32,000 nucleotides of DNA. Origin: Synechocystis sp. PCC 6803 substr. PCC-P. Lineage in GTDB: Bacteria; Cyanobacteriota; Cyanobacteriia; Cyanobacteriales; Microcystaceae. Where the stretch lies: contig NC_017039.1 of the NCBI RefSeq assembly GCF_000284455.1, forward strand, positions 1,620,001 to 1,652,000, read 5' to 3'. Below are positions 8,636-17,408 of this stretch, piece after piece. The notes under the pieces were generated by a model. The model was not told the origin of the DNA, ran no database searches, and saw only the letters and a program-made list of their open reading frames with translations. Every line of letters begins with the position of its first letter. Positions within the stretch are counted from its first letter, which is position 1. The position numbers and the translations under genes were made by a program.

Positions 8636-9462
8636 ACGAAGAAAAACAACAAGAATTATTGATATCAGTCATAATAACTAACTATAATTATGACCAATTT
8701 ATTGACCAAGCTATTGAGAGTGTGTTAAGTCAAACATATTATAATTTTGAGTTAATTATTGTTGATGATGGCTCAACAGATAACTCAAGAGACGTTATTT
8801 CAAGCTATACAGATTCTCGGATAAAAGCCCTTGTAAAAAACAATGGAGGTCAAGCTTCTGCGTTTAATGCCGGGTTTGAGCAAGCAAACGGCGAAATTAT
8901 TTGCTTTTTAGATAGTGATGATTGGTGGAAACCAGAGAAACTAGAAACTATTATAAGATGGCATTATTTTATTAATAAAGACTATGCCATATTCCAGCAC
9001 GTTTTAGATGTTTGGTATGAAGGAAAAACTCGTCCCTATAAGCACATATTGCCCAGTGGTGATTGTTTTGCTGAAATGAAAAAAGTTAAGAAGCTCGATT
9101 TTTTCGTACCGACATCAGGACTATCATTTCCTAAAAAAATATTAGATAGGATATTTCCAATTCCTATCAAGTTTATAATTGCAGCAGATTCCTACATCAT
9201 GAGAACCGCTTGTGTATTTAACATGGTATATTCTATTCCAAAATCTTTAGGTTTTTATCGTCAACATGATAATACTGTTTTTCTTAATCCCGATTTTGAC
9301 CTGCAGCCATTTCTTAAAGAAATTTTAATTCCTGAGTTGAATCAATTTTATCAAAAATACAGGATAAACTATCAAATTGAAATATCAGACTACAATTTCA
9401 ATGAGCGGAAAAAGAATAAAAAACAAAAAATTTTTGAATATCTAAAAAAAGTCTTTTTTTAA
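8632..9462 (+). CDS. Family 2 glycosyltransferase
   Basis: ISVIITNYNYDQFIDQAIESVLSQTYYNFELIIVDDGSTDNS...ICFLDSDDWW. Start overlaps the preceding stop. Confidence 0.92.
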   Translation: MNEEKQQELLISVIITNYNYDQFIDQAIESVLSQTYYNFELIIVDDGSTDNSRDVISSYTDSRIKALVKNNGGQASAFNAGFEQANGEIICFLDSDDWWKPEKLETIIRWHYFINKDYAIFQHVLDVWYEGKTRPYKHILPSGDCFAEMKKVKKLDFFVPTSGLSFPKKILDRIFPIPIKFIIAADSYIMRTACVFNMVYSIPKSLGFYRQHDNTVFLNPDFDLQPFLKEILIPELNQFYQKYRINYQIEISDYNFNERKKNKKQKIFEYLKKVFF

Positions 9463-9475
9463 AGGAGGCATCAAC

Positions 9476-10268
9476 TTGTTACTTTCTATGCTAATCACAA
9501 AACAATTATTCTTGTCTATAAAAAGCAAAGTTAAATTTTATTTATGGTATCTAAAATATGCCCTTAAACTGGCTTCTTTTAAAAACATTCATCAGGGAGA
9601 GGATTGTTTTATTATTGGGAATGGTCCCTCTCTCAATAAAATGGATTTGGCAAAACTAAATCAATATTATACCTTCGGACTCAATAAGATTTACTTGATT
9701 TTTGAGCGAGTTGATTTAAGTTTAAGTTATTATGTAACAGTTAATCGTTTGGTCATCGAACAATGTCAAAATGAAATTCAGAATTTTCGTTGTCCTTGCT
9801 TTCTTGAATTTACAAAATCAAAAGATATTATACCCTTCAAAGAGAATATTTATCGTTTAGCTACAACGGGAAGACCTTATATGTTTCAAACAGATATTAC
9901 CCAAAAAATATGTGAAGGAAATACTGTAACTTATGTTGCCATGCAGCTTGCCTACTATATGGGGTTCAAAAGAGTCTTTTTGATCGGAGTAGATCACAAC
10001 TTTAAATATTCAGGAAATCCTAATGAATCCTAATGAAAAGCAAATTTTAAATTCCGAAGACCCAAATCATTTTGATTCCCGATATTTTAGTAACCAAGAA
10101 TGGAATTTGCCTGACTTGGAAGCCTCCGAACTAGCCTTTCACCTTGCAAATTTTCATTTCAAGCGAGATAGCAGAAAAATTTATGATGCAACCTTAGAAG
10201 GAAAACTTAATATTTTCGACAAAATTAGCTTTGAACAGGCACTTTCCATGGCGAAACCAAAAAATTAA
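9476..10268 (+). pseudogene. DUF115 / MptE-like (GNGPSL motif) protein, frameshifted by a 10-bp tandem duplication
   Basis: ORFs 9476-10033 and 10023-10268 align end to end with the intact paralog at 16504-17298 (IGNGPSLNKMDL, TVTYVAMQLAYYMGFKRVFLIGVDHNF, EDPNHFD). The frame changes at 10016-10035. Confidence 0.88.
10016..10035 (+). repeat. Perfect tandem duplication AATCCTAATG x2
   Basis: GGA-AATCCTAATG-AATCCTAATG-AAAAGC. Removing one unit restores G N P N E K Q I L N S E D P N H F D. Confidence 0.95.
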
Positions 10269-10292
10269 AAATCATCATCAGCGTTATATTTA

Positions 10293-11558
10293 GTGGACAT
10301 GAAATATCCTAGGATTTTAATTATTAATCCAGTTCCTTTTAATCATATTAATGCTAGCGGTATAACAACTAGTAACCTTTTTCGAGGTTGGCCGCTAGAC
10401 AAAATTGCACAGATTTATAGCCATGAGAATGACAAATATATTGATCATAAAATTTGTCAGAACTATTTACATATAGTATCTAAATCTTTAATTCCTGAAA
10501 AGCTTACTTTGGAGGAGCTTAACAAGCCTCTTCAACGAATTTCTGATTTGCTTAGTGGTAATTCTTTAACTTTGGGGGGGTGGCTTGCTAATCCTAGTCC
10601 TATCTTAAAATGGATAAAAAATTTTAATCCGGAAATTATATATGCGCGTCCCTTAGATACACCTTATTTTTATTGGCGTTTACCCTACCAAATTTCAAGA
10701 AACCAAAATATACCTTATGCCATTCATATTATGGATGATTGGCCAGCACGCTATGGGCAAAGAAGCGGAATAATCGACAATTTTATCCGAAAACCAGCAC
10801 TACAGAAACAACTCAAAAGATTAATAGAAAATTCTAGTCTCAATATTGGAATTTCAGAGCAAATGTGCAAAGCATTTGAAGAACGTTATAAAAGGCCATT
10901 CGTTACATTTCATAACTGTATAGAAATAGACAATTTTATAAATCAAGGCAAGACAGATAAACCTTCTGATAACTTACAAGTAGTTTATACTGGTTCGGTA
11001 ACCGAGGATAAAGAACTAGGAAGCTTAATTGATATAAAAGACGTTATCCTATCGCTTAACACAAAAGGTTATCAAATTACATTAACTATTTATGCTCCTT
11101 CCATATATCAAGAAATTATTGATCAAAAACTTGCCATACCAAATGTAATTAAATATGGAGGATTTTTTCCCCCTGAACTTAAGCCCAATATCCTAGCAAA
11201 TGCAGATTTGCTATTATTGCCACTGAATTTTGACGTCAAAAGTATTATCTATACTCAATACTCGTTCCAATCAAAGTTGCCCGAATATATGGCATCTGGT
11301 ACGCCAATTTTACTGTATGGGCCAAATAATAATCCTAATATAGAATATGCTAAAAAGAATGACTTTGGATTCATTGTTACTGAAAATAATCAGAAAGAAC
11401 TAACGAATTTTTTTTTACGTATCATTAAAGATCAGAAACTAAGAGAACATCAAGGTAAAATGGGACAAAGATTAGCTTTTGCCGACTTCAACGCTGAAGT
11501 GATTAGGGAAAGATTTCATAAATCACTTTGTCAAATCGCCCGAAACAAACTAGGTTAA
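10293..11558 (+). CDS. Group 1 (GT4-like) glycosyltransferase
   Basis: 421-aa ORF with a C-terminal Rossmann-like region LQVVYTGSVTEDKELG...LPEYMASGTPILLYGP. Confidence 0.8.
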   Translation: MDMKYPRILIINPVPFNHINASGITTSNLFRGWPLDKIAQIYSHENDKYIDHKICQNYLHIVSKSLIPEKLTLEELNKPLQRISDLLSGNSLTLGGWLANPSPILKWIKNFNPEIIYARPLDTPYFYWRLPYQISRNQNIPYAIHIMDDWPARYGQRSGIIDNFIRKPALQKQLKRLIENSSLNIGISEQMCKAFEERYKRPFVTFHNCIEIDNFINQGKTDKPSDNLQVVYTGSVTEDKELGSLIDIKDVILSLNTKGYQITLTIYAPSIYQEIIDQKLAIPNVIKYGGFFPPELKPNILANADLLLLPLNFDVKSIIYTQYSFQSKLPEYMASGTPILLYGPNNNPNIEYAKKNDFGFIVTENNQKELTNFFLRIIKDQKLREHQGKMGQRLAFADFNAEVIRERFHKSLCQIARNKLG

Positions 11559-11565
11559 TCGTTTT

Positions 11566-12402
11566 ATGAGTTTTTCTGAACATCATCTTGTTTCTATCTA
11601 TCCCTTTCCCGCTCTTAGACCCGTCTTAATTGATGTCGGAAGCCATCAGGGGGGAGTGTCCCAGTTATTTGCCCAAAAAAACTGGAAAATCATTGCGTTT
11701 GAGCCTGAAACAAAAAACCGACAAGTCTTTGATAAAAATCTATCAGGCTTTGATAATGTCACCTGTATCCCAAAAGCCGTCTCTAATGTTACCGGTGATA
11801 AAGTCCCCTTTTATACCAGTCAAGAACACTTTGGCATCCATACCCTTAAACCCTTTCATCCAACCCATAAATTTGCCTACGAGGTAGAAACAATCCGTTT
11901 AGACGATGCGTTAAATGCCTTAAAAATAGACCAAGTTACTTTTCTAAAGATTGATATTGAAGGAGCTGATTTTTTTGCTCTGCAAGGCTTTGACTGGAAG
12001 AAATATCATCCAGAAGTCGTTATGGTCGAGTTTATGGACAACCGATCCCAGCCAAACTTTAGCTACACTCACCACGATATGGTCAACTACATGACAGAGC
12101 GTGGTTACATCACCTACATTTCGGAATGGGATGTTATCAAAGAGTATGGACGCTCCGGACAGACTAGCGAGCCTCATCGTTGGCTACAATGTGTCCGTTA
12201 TCCCCTTAACCATGAACCAGCCTGGGGGAATCTGATCTTTATTACCCAGGGGAACGAATCAAAATTCGAGCAAACGTTAGCCCAATATCTAGAAAAATCG
12301 AAACATCAAGACCGTTGGGAAAAACTAAAGCAAATCTTTAAAAAATTGCCTGGAGTTCATGCTCTCTATCAGAAATTAAAATCAGGGTTTAAATCAATCT
12401 AG
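11566..12402 (+). CDS. FkbM-family methyltransferase
   Basis: VLIDVGSHQGGVSQLFAQKNWKIIAFEPE...VETIRLDDAL...VTFLKIDIEGADFFALQG. Confidence 0.85.
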   Translation: MSFSEHHLVSIYPFPALRPVLIDVGSHQGGVSQLFAQKNWKIIAFEPETKNRQVFDKNLSGFDNVTCIPKAVSNVTGDKVPFYTSQEHFGIHTLKPFHPTHKFAYEVETIRLDDALNALKIDQVTFLKIDIEGADFFALQGFDWKKYHPEVVMVEFMDNRSQPNFSYTHHDMVNYMTERGYITYISEWDVIKEYGRSGQTSEPHRWLQCVRYPLNHEPAWGNLIFITQGNESKFEQTLAQYLEKSKHQDRWEKLKQIFKKLPGVHALYQKLKSGFKSI

Positions 12403-12449
12403 TCAATTATTGAATTATTCTCTAAATTATTCACTCTTTTCACACCAGA

Positions 12450-13442
12450 ATGCCCCTTGTCTCCCTAATTATTCGTTGTTACAACGAAGAAAAACACATT
12501 GGCCGCTTGCTCAGCGGCGTTATGCAGCAACAGGGCATCGACTACGAAATTATTATCGTGGACTCCGGCTCAACCGACGCCACCGTCAGCATTGCCCAAC
12601 GCTATCCCATTCAACTCATCAGCATCGACCCCCAAAACTTTTCCTTTGGGCGCTCCCTCAATCTCGGATGCCAACAAGCTAGCGGTGAATATCTAGTTTT
12701 TGCCAGTGCCCACGTCTATCCCGTTTACCAAGACTGGCTTAAACAACTGATTGCCCCCCTGCAAACCAATCCCCAGATTGCCCTCAGCTACGGCAAACAA
12801 CGGGGCAACAACCAAACCCAATTTTCCGAACATCAAATCTTTGCCCAGTGGTTCCCCGACCAAGCTCAGATTCCCCAAACCACTCCCTTTTGTAACAACG
12901 CCAATGCCGCCATTCGCCGTGACCTGTGGCAAAAATATCCCTACAACGAAGACCTGACCGGCCTAGAAGACCTGGACTGGGCCAAACGTCTTATGCAAGC
13001 CGGTTATCAAATCGCCTACGTCCCCGACGCCGAAATTATCCATGTCCACCAAGAAACCCCTCAACGGGTCAGAAACCGCTACCGTCGAGAGGCGATCGCC
13101 TTAAAACAAATTTTTCCAGAACAAACCTTCAGCCTAGGGGATTTTGTGCGCCTTACTGTCAGTAATACCCTGAGCGATTACTATTACGCTTGGCAAAGCC
13201 AACAACTAATGACCCAACTATGGGCCATTCCCCAATTCCGGCTCATGCAATTCTGGGGAACCTATCAGGGCTATCACCAAAACAATTCCCTCAATCAGCA
13301 ACTGCGCCAAACCTTCTATTATCCCCGCCCCATCAACACCATCACCCCCAACGTCCCCAGCAAAGACGCACTCAAAATCAACTACGCCCAAAGCGATACC
13401 CAGCTAGTGCCTGACCCCTCTCCTCCTTCCCCCCATCAATGA
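12450..13442 (+). CDS. Family 2 glycosyltransferase
   Basis: PLVSLIIRCYNEEKHIGRLLSGVMQQQGIDYEIIIVDSGSTD...LTGLEDLDWAKRLMQAGYQIAYVPDAEIIHVH. Confidence 0.92.
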   Translation: MPLVSLIIRCYNEEKHIGRLLSGVMQQQGIDYEIIIVDSGSTDATVSIAQRYPIQLISIDPQNFSFGRSLNLGCQQASGEYLVFASAHVYPVYQDWLKQLIAPLQTNPQIALSYGKQRGNNQTQFSEHQIFAQWFPDQAQIPQTTPFCNNANAAIRRDLWQKYPYNEDLTGLEDLDWAKRLMQAGYQIAYVPDAEIIHVHQETPQRVRNRYRREAIALKQIFPEQTFSLGDFVRLTVSNTLSDYYYAWQSQQLMTQLWAIPQFRLMQFWGTYQGYHQNNSLNQQLRQTFYYPRPINTITPNVPSKDALKINYAQSDTQLVPDPSPPSPHQ

Positions 13443-14086
13443 CTGCTTACCACCTAATTGATATTTCCGTCGCCGTTCATCCGCAGCTTCCCCGCTGGCC
13501 AGGCAGTCCCGCCATCGAATTTCAGCCAGAACTAGACCTTGCCAACGGCGATATTGCCACCGACACTACTATTCACATGAGCGTTCACACCGGAACCCAT
13601 GTGGATGCCCCCAGTCATTTTCTCCAGGGCGGTAAAACCGTTGAAACCCTGCCCCTCGAAACCCTCCTTGGCCCCGTCACCGTCATTGACCTCAGCCACG
13701 TCGATGCCATTGAACCCCACCATCTCGCCCAAGCCCCCATTCCAGATAGAACCCAGCGCCTGCTCATCCGCACCCGCAACTCCCTGCACTGGCAGCAGAA
13801 TCAATCCGAATTTGACCCCAACTTTGTCGCCCTCACCGCTCAGGCCGCTCAATGGGTCGTTGAGCAGGGAATAAAATTAATTGGCATCGACTACCTATCC
13901 GTCCAACGCTTCCGCGATGACGCCACCACTCACCAAATCCTACTGGGGGCAGAAGTGATTATTATTGAGGAATTAAACCTCTACGCTGTCCAGCCTGGAG
14001 AGTATGAACTCATTTGTTTACCAATTAAGCTCCAAGGCTTAGAAGGCGCTCCTGCTAGGGTAATTTTAAAGACAGTCTCTAACTAA
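13439..14086 (+). CDS. Cyclase / kynurenine formamidase-like metal-dependent hydrolase
   Basis: HLIDISVAVHPQLPRWPG...HTGTHVDAPSHF, the characteristic HxGTHxDxPxHF motif. Start overlaps the preceding stop (ATGA). Confidence 0.85.
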   Translation: MTAYHLIDISVAVHPQLPRWPGSPAIEFQPELDLANGDIATDTTIHMSVHTGTHVDAPSHFLQGGKTVETLPLETLLGPVTVIDLSHVDAIEPHHLAQAPIPDRTQRLLIRTRNSLHWQQNQSEFDPNFVALTAQAAQWVVEQGIKLIGIDYLSVQRFRDDATTHQILLGAEVIIIEELNLYAVQPGEYELICLPIKLQGLEGAPARVILKTVSN

Positions 14087-14087
14087 T

Positions 14088-14777
14088 TTGTCAGACTCAA
14101 TGAACTCTGTAAAAATTGCGGCCCTTGTTCCCATGCGCCATGACAGTGAGCGAGTCATCGGCAAAAACTATCGTTCTTTTGGCGGCAAACCCCTTTACCA
14201 TCACATTGTTCAAGCACTACTCGACTGCCCTGAAATCGAACAGGTCTGTATTGACACTGACAGCCCCTTTATCCTCGACGATGCCCCCCAACAGTTTCCC
14301 AAAGTGCAGTGCTTAGTGCGTCCTGAACCTCTACGCTCAGGCATGACCTCCATGAATGCGGTTTTGGCTAACACCCTTGCACAGATTGACGCCGATTTAT
14401 ATCTACAAACCCACAGCACCAATCCTTTGCTGAAATCCAGCACCATCAGCCAAGCCATTCAGCAATTATTGAATTCTCCCCAATATGACAGTTTATTTGG
14501 CGTTACCCGTCTGCAAACTCGCCTCTACGACGCCAATGGTAATGCCGTTAACCATGACCCCGACATTTTGCTAAGAACCCAAGACTTACCCCCAATTTAC
14601 GAAGAAAATTCCAACCTTTATTTATTTACCAAAGACGTCTTTACCCAACGACAAAACCGCATTGGCAATCATCCCATTCTGTTTGAAATTGACCGGGATG
14701 AAGCCTGGGATATTGATGAAGAAGTGGACTTCCGCATTGCCGAAATGATGTATTTTTACCAACAAGAAAAATCATGA
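14088..14777 (+). CDS. Acylneuraminate/3-deoxy-sugar cytidylyltransferase-like (CMP-sugar synthetase family)
   Basis: MNSVKIAALVPMRHDSERVIGKNYRSFGGKPLYHHIVQALLDCPEIEQVCIDTDSPFI...LQTHSTNPLLKSSTI. Confidence 0.85.
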   Translation: MSDSMNSVKIAALVPMRHDSERVIGKNYRSFGGKPLYHHIVQALLDCPEIEQVCIDTDSPFILDDAPQQFPKVQCLVRPEPLRSGMTSMNAVLANTLAQIDADLYLQTHSTNPLLKSSTISQAIQQLLNSPQYDSLFGVTRLQTRLYDANGNAVNHDPDILLRTQDLPPIYEENSNLYLFTKDVFTQRQNRIGNHPILFEIDRDEAWDIDEEVDFRIAEMMYFYQQEKS

Positions 14778-15730
14778 AATGGAAAGTTTTAGTAACCTGT
14801 CCCCCCATGCTCCATACCCTAGAGCATTGTCAAACCCGATTCGAGCAAGAACAGTTAGACGTGGTTGCCCCAACCATTACCCAACAGTTATCCGAAGCTG
14901 AACTCTGTGAACAAATTGCCGATTTTGATGGGGTAATCGCCGGGGATGATCCCTTTACCGCAAGAGTGTTAACTATCGGCAAACAAGGCAAACTAAAAGC
15001 ACTGGCCAAATGGGGCATTGGCGTTGATGCTATCGATTTAGCCGCCGCAAAACAGTTGGGAATTTTGACATCCAATACCCCCAATGTCTTTGGTGATGAA
15101 GTGGCCGACGTGGCGATCGGTTACCTAATTCTCTTGGCAAGGGAATTGCACTGCATTGATCAAGCCGTTCGGCAAGGGGAATGGTTGAAGATTCGCGGCC
15201 ACTCCCTCCGGGGTAAAACAGCCGGCATTATCGGGGTAGGCAGTATTGGTCAGGCGATCGCCGTTCGTTTACAAAGTATGGGGCTGAAATTGTTAGGCTA
15301 TGACCCACATCCCATTAGCGCCGACTTCTGTGAGCAAACTGGATTGCATCCTGTACCGCTGCAAGATGTATTACAACAGGCGGATTGTTTGTTTTTAGCC
15401 TGTAATCTTACCCCAGATAACTTTCACCTCCTGAATGCAGATACCTTTGACCAGATGAAACCCGGCGTTTGGCTCATTAACGTTGCCAGGGGAGGATTAG
15501 TGGATCAAGCAGCACTCATAGAAACATTGCAAACTGGAAAAGTCGCTAAGGCAGCCCTAGACGTGTTTGAGCAAGAACCCTTGGCGGCCGACAGTCCCTT
15601 AACCCAACTGCCCCAGGTAATTCTGGGATCTCATAATGGTTCTAATACCCGAGAGGCAGTTCTCAAGGTGAATCAGTTGGCCATTGATAATTTGGTGCGG
15701 GACTTACAACGAGCAACATCGGGAGACTAA
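14774..15730 (+). CDS. D-isomer 2-hydroxyacid dehydrogenase (phosphoglycerate dehydrogenase-like)
   Basis: IIGVGSIGQAIAVRLQSMGLKLLGYDPH...LINVARGGLVDQAAL...LGSHNGSNTREAV. Starts inside the preceding stop. Confidence 0.92.
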   Translation: MKWKVLVTCPPMLHTLEHCQTRFEQEQLDVVAPTITQQLSEAELCEQIADFDGVIAGDDPFTARVLTIGKQGKLKALAKWGIGVDAIDLAAAKQLGILTSNTPNVFGDEVADVAIGYLILLARELHCIDQAVRQGEWLKIRGHSLRGKTAGIIGVGSIGQAIAVRLQSMGLKLLGYDPHPISADFCEQTGLHPVPLQDVLQQADCLFLACNLTPDNFHLLNADTFDQMKPGVWLINVARGGLVDQAALIETLQTGKVAKAALDVFEQEPLAADSPLTQLPQVILGSHNGSNTREAVLKVNQLAIDNLVRDLQRATSGD

Positions 15731-15732
15731 CC

Positions 15733-16482
15733 ATGAAACCAGTTGTTCTTATCACCGGTATTGCTGGGGGGATCGGTCAGGCGACAGCCGAACTTTTTGC
15801 CCAACAAGGTTGGCTCGTGACGGGAATTGATCGTCAAGCTGACCCAAAATGCCCTTATATTGACCACTATCAACAAGCTGATTGCGGCGATCCTAAAGCC
15901 CTTGCGGCTGCCTTTGACAATTTGGTCGGGGAAACCCAAAATCTCCATAGTTTGATTAATAATGTCGCCCTGCAAATTTGTCAGCCAATTCTCGAAACCT
16001 CCCTAGACGATTGGGATCAAGTAATGGCGGTTAATCTCCGGGCCGCGTTTCTTTTGGCAAAAATGTCTCACCCATATCTCCAACAAACCCACGGGAGTAT
16101 CGTTAACATTAGTTCAGTTCATGCGCTGGCGACCTCCGCCAATATTGCTTCCTATGCCGCCTCTAAAGGTGGGTTAATTGCCTTGACCCGAGCCATGGCG
16201 ATCGAATGGGCCGCTGATCAGATTCGAGTTAATGCCCTATTACCGGGGGCCGTAAATACCCCCATGCTGAGGGAGGGTTTGAGTCGTGGTCATTTGGTGG
16301 AACAATCCCCCCAGCATCAACTCCAAGAATTAGGGTCTAAAACTGTGATGGGTCGTGTCGGGCAACCGTCTGAAATCGCTCAGGCGATCGCCTTTTTAGC
16401 GGACAATGAGCAATCTAGCTTCATGACTGGGCAAACTATAACTATTGACGGCGGGGCGATCGCACGCCTCAGCACCGAGTAA
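15733..16482 (+). CDS. Short-chain dehydrogenase/reductase (SDR)
   Basis: VLITGIAGGIGQATAELFAQQGWLVTGID...SIVNISSVHALATSANIASYAASKGGLIALTRAMAIEWA...INALLPG-type region. Confidence 0.93.
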   Translation: MKPVVLITGIAGGIGQATAELFAQQGWLVTGIDRQADPKCPYIDHYQQADCGDPKALAAAFDNLVGETQNLHSLINNVALQICQPILETSLDDWDQVMAVNLRAAFLLAKMSHPYLQQTHGSIVNISSVHALATSANIASYAASKGGLIALTRAMAIEWAADQIRVNALLPGAVNTPMLREGLSRGHLVEQSPQHQLQELGSKTVMGRVGQPSEIAQAIAFLADNEQSSFMTGQTITIDGGAIARLSTE

Positions 16483-16503
16483 CTTGTTTCCGAGCTCAAT
16501 TCC

Positions 16504-17298
16504 ATGACGAAAAACACAACCGTAGAGCGTTTGCCAGACGCTAATCCTTATCGGTATGGTTTAGCAGAAATTTGGCGCAGACTTAAATGGGATCTGACTC
16601 CTGAATCATGGCGATCACGCCACAGACTTAAGCAGTATGAAAATCAATATGTAGGTCAAAAAGCTGTCATTGTTTGTAATGGCCCCAGCTTGTTACAAAC
16701 AGATTTTTCATTGCTTAAAAATATTTATACTTTTGGTCTAAACAAAATCAACTTACTTTTTGATAAATCTGATTTTCGCCCATCTTGTATTGTTGCGGTA
16801 AACCCCTTGGTAATCGAGCAAAATGCAAGTTTTTATAACAACACCACAATCCCCCTTTTCATCAACAGTAAGCACACATCCCTGATTAAACCTAGAGAAA
16901 ACATTATTTTCCTTCACTCAACAGAACAAATTAAATTTGCTCAAGATTGTTCAATCAGCTTATTTCATGGATCAACTGTAACCTTTGTCGCTATGCAGTT
17001 GGCATTTTATTTTGGATTTTCAAAAGTTGCTCTTATTGGATGCGATCACTCATTTAGAATGACAGGTTTACCTAATGAACAAGTCACTACGGAGCAAGAA
17101 GACCCCAATCATTTTGACCCTAAATATTTTGCAAATGGTGTTCAGTGGCACTTGCCAGACCTCTTAGGAAGTGAAGTAGGATATACTATGGCTAAGTTTC
17201 ATTTTGAACACAATAATCGAGCAATTTACAATGCGACAGAAGGTGGAAAGCTAGAAATTTTTCCTCGATTGTCGCTTACAGATTTCATAGACTTGTAA
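16504..17298 (+). CDS. DUF115 / MptE-like protein, intact paralog of 9476-10268
   Basis: AVIVCNGPSLLQTDF...TFGLNKINLLFDKSDF...STVTFVAMQLAFYFGFSKVALIGCDHSF...EDPNHFDPKYFANG. Confidence 0.85.
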   Translation: MTKNTTVERLPDANPYRYGLAEIWRRLKWDLTPESWRSRHRLKQYENQYVGQKAVIVCNGPSLLQTDFSLLKNIYTFGLNKINLLFDKSDFRPSCIVAVNPLVIEQNASFYNNTTIPLFINSKHTSLIKPRENIIFLHSTEQIKFAQDCSISLFHGSTVTFVAMQLAFYFGFSKVALIGCDHSFRMTGLPNEQVTTEQEDPNHFDPKYFANGVQWHLPDLLGSEVGYTMAKFHFEHNNRAIYNATEGGKLEIFPRLSLTDFIDL

Positions 17299-17408
17299 TT
17301 CAGAAAAACTAATTGAATTTCCACATTTATCTTAATACAAAGAATTAGTAGATTCCCAAGATACCTAGCGTAAACTTCTCAATTGAAGACAAAGAATATT
17401 ATTAATTC

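Noticed and set aside
9476-10268. Two separate small genes (185 aa and 81 aa)
   Set aside because: Together they align to one intact paralog, and the break is fully explained by a 10-bp tandem duplication.
12410-12682. Plus-strand ORF overlapping the start of the GT2 gene at 12450
   Set aside because: Out-of-frame with the strong GT2 motifs and has an unstructured composition. Same for 12499-12696, 12751-12957, 12926-13165 and 13190-13414.
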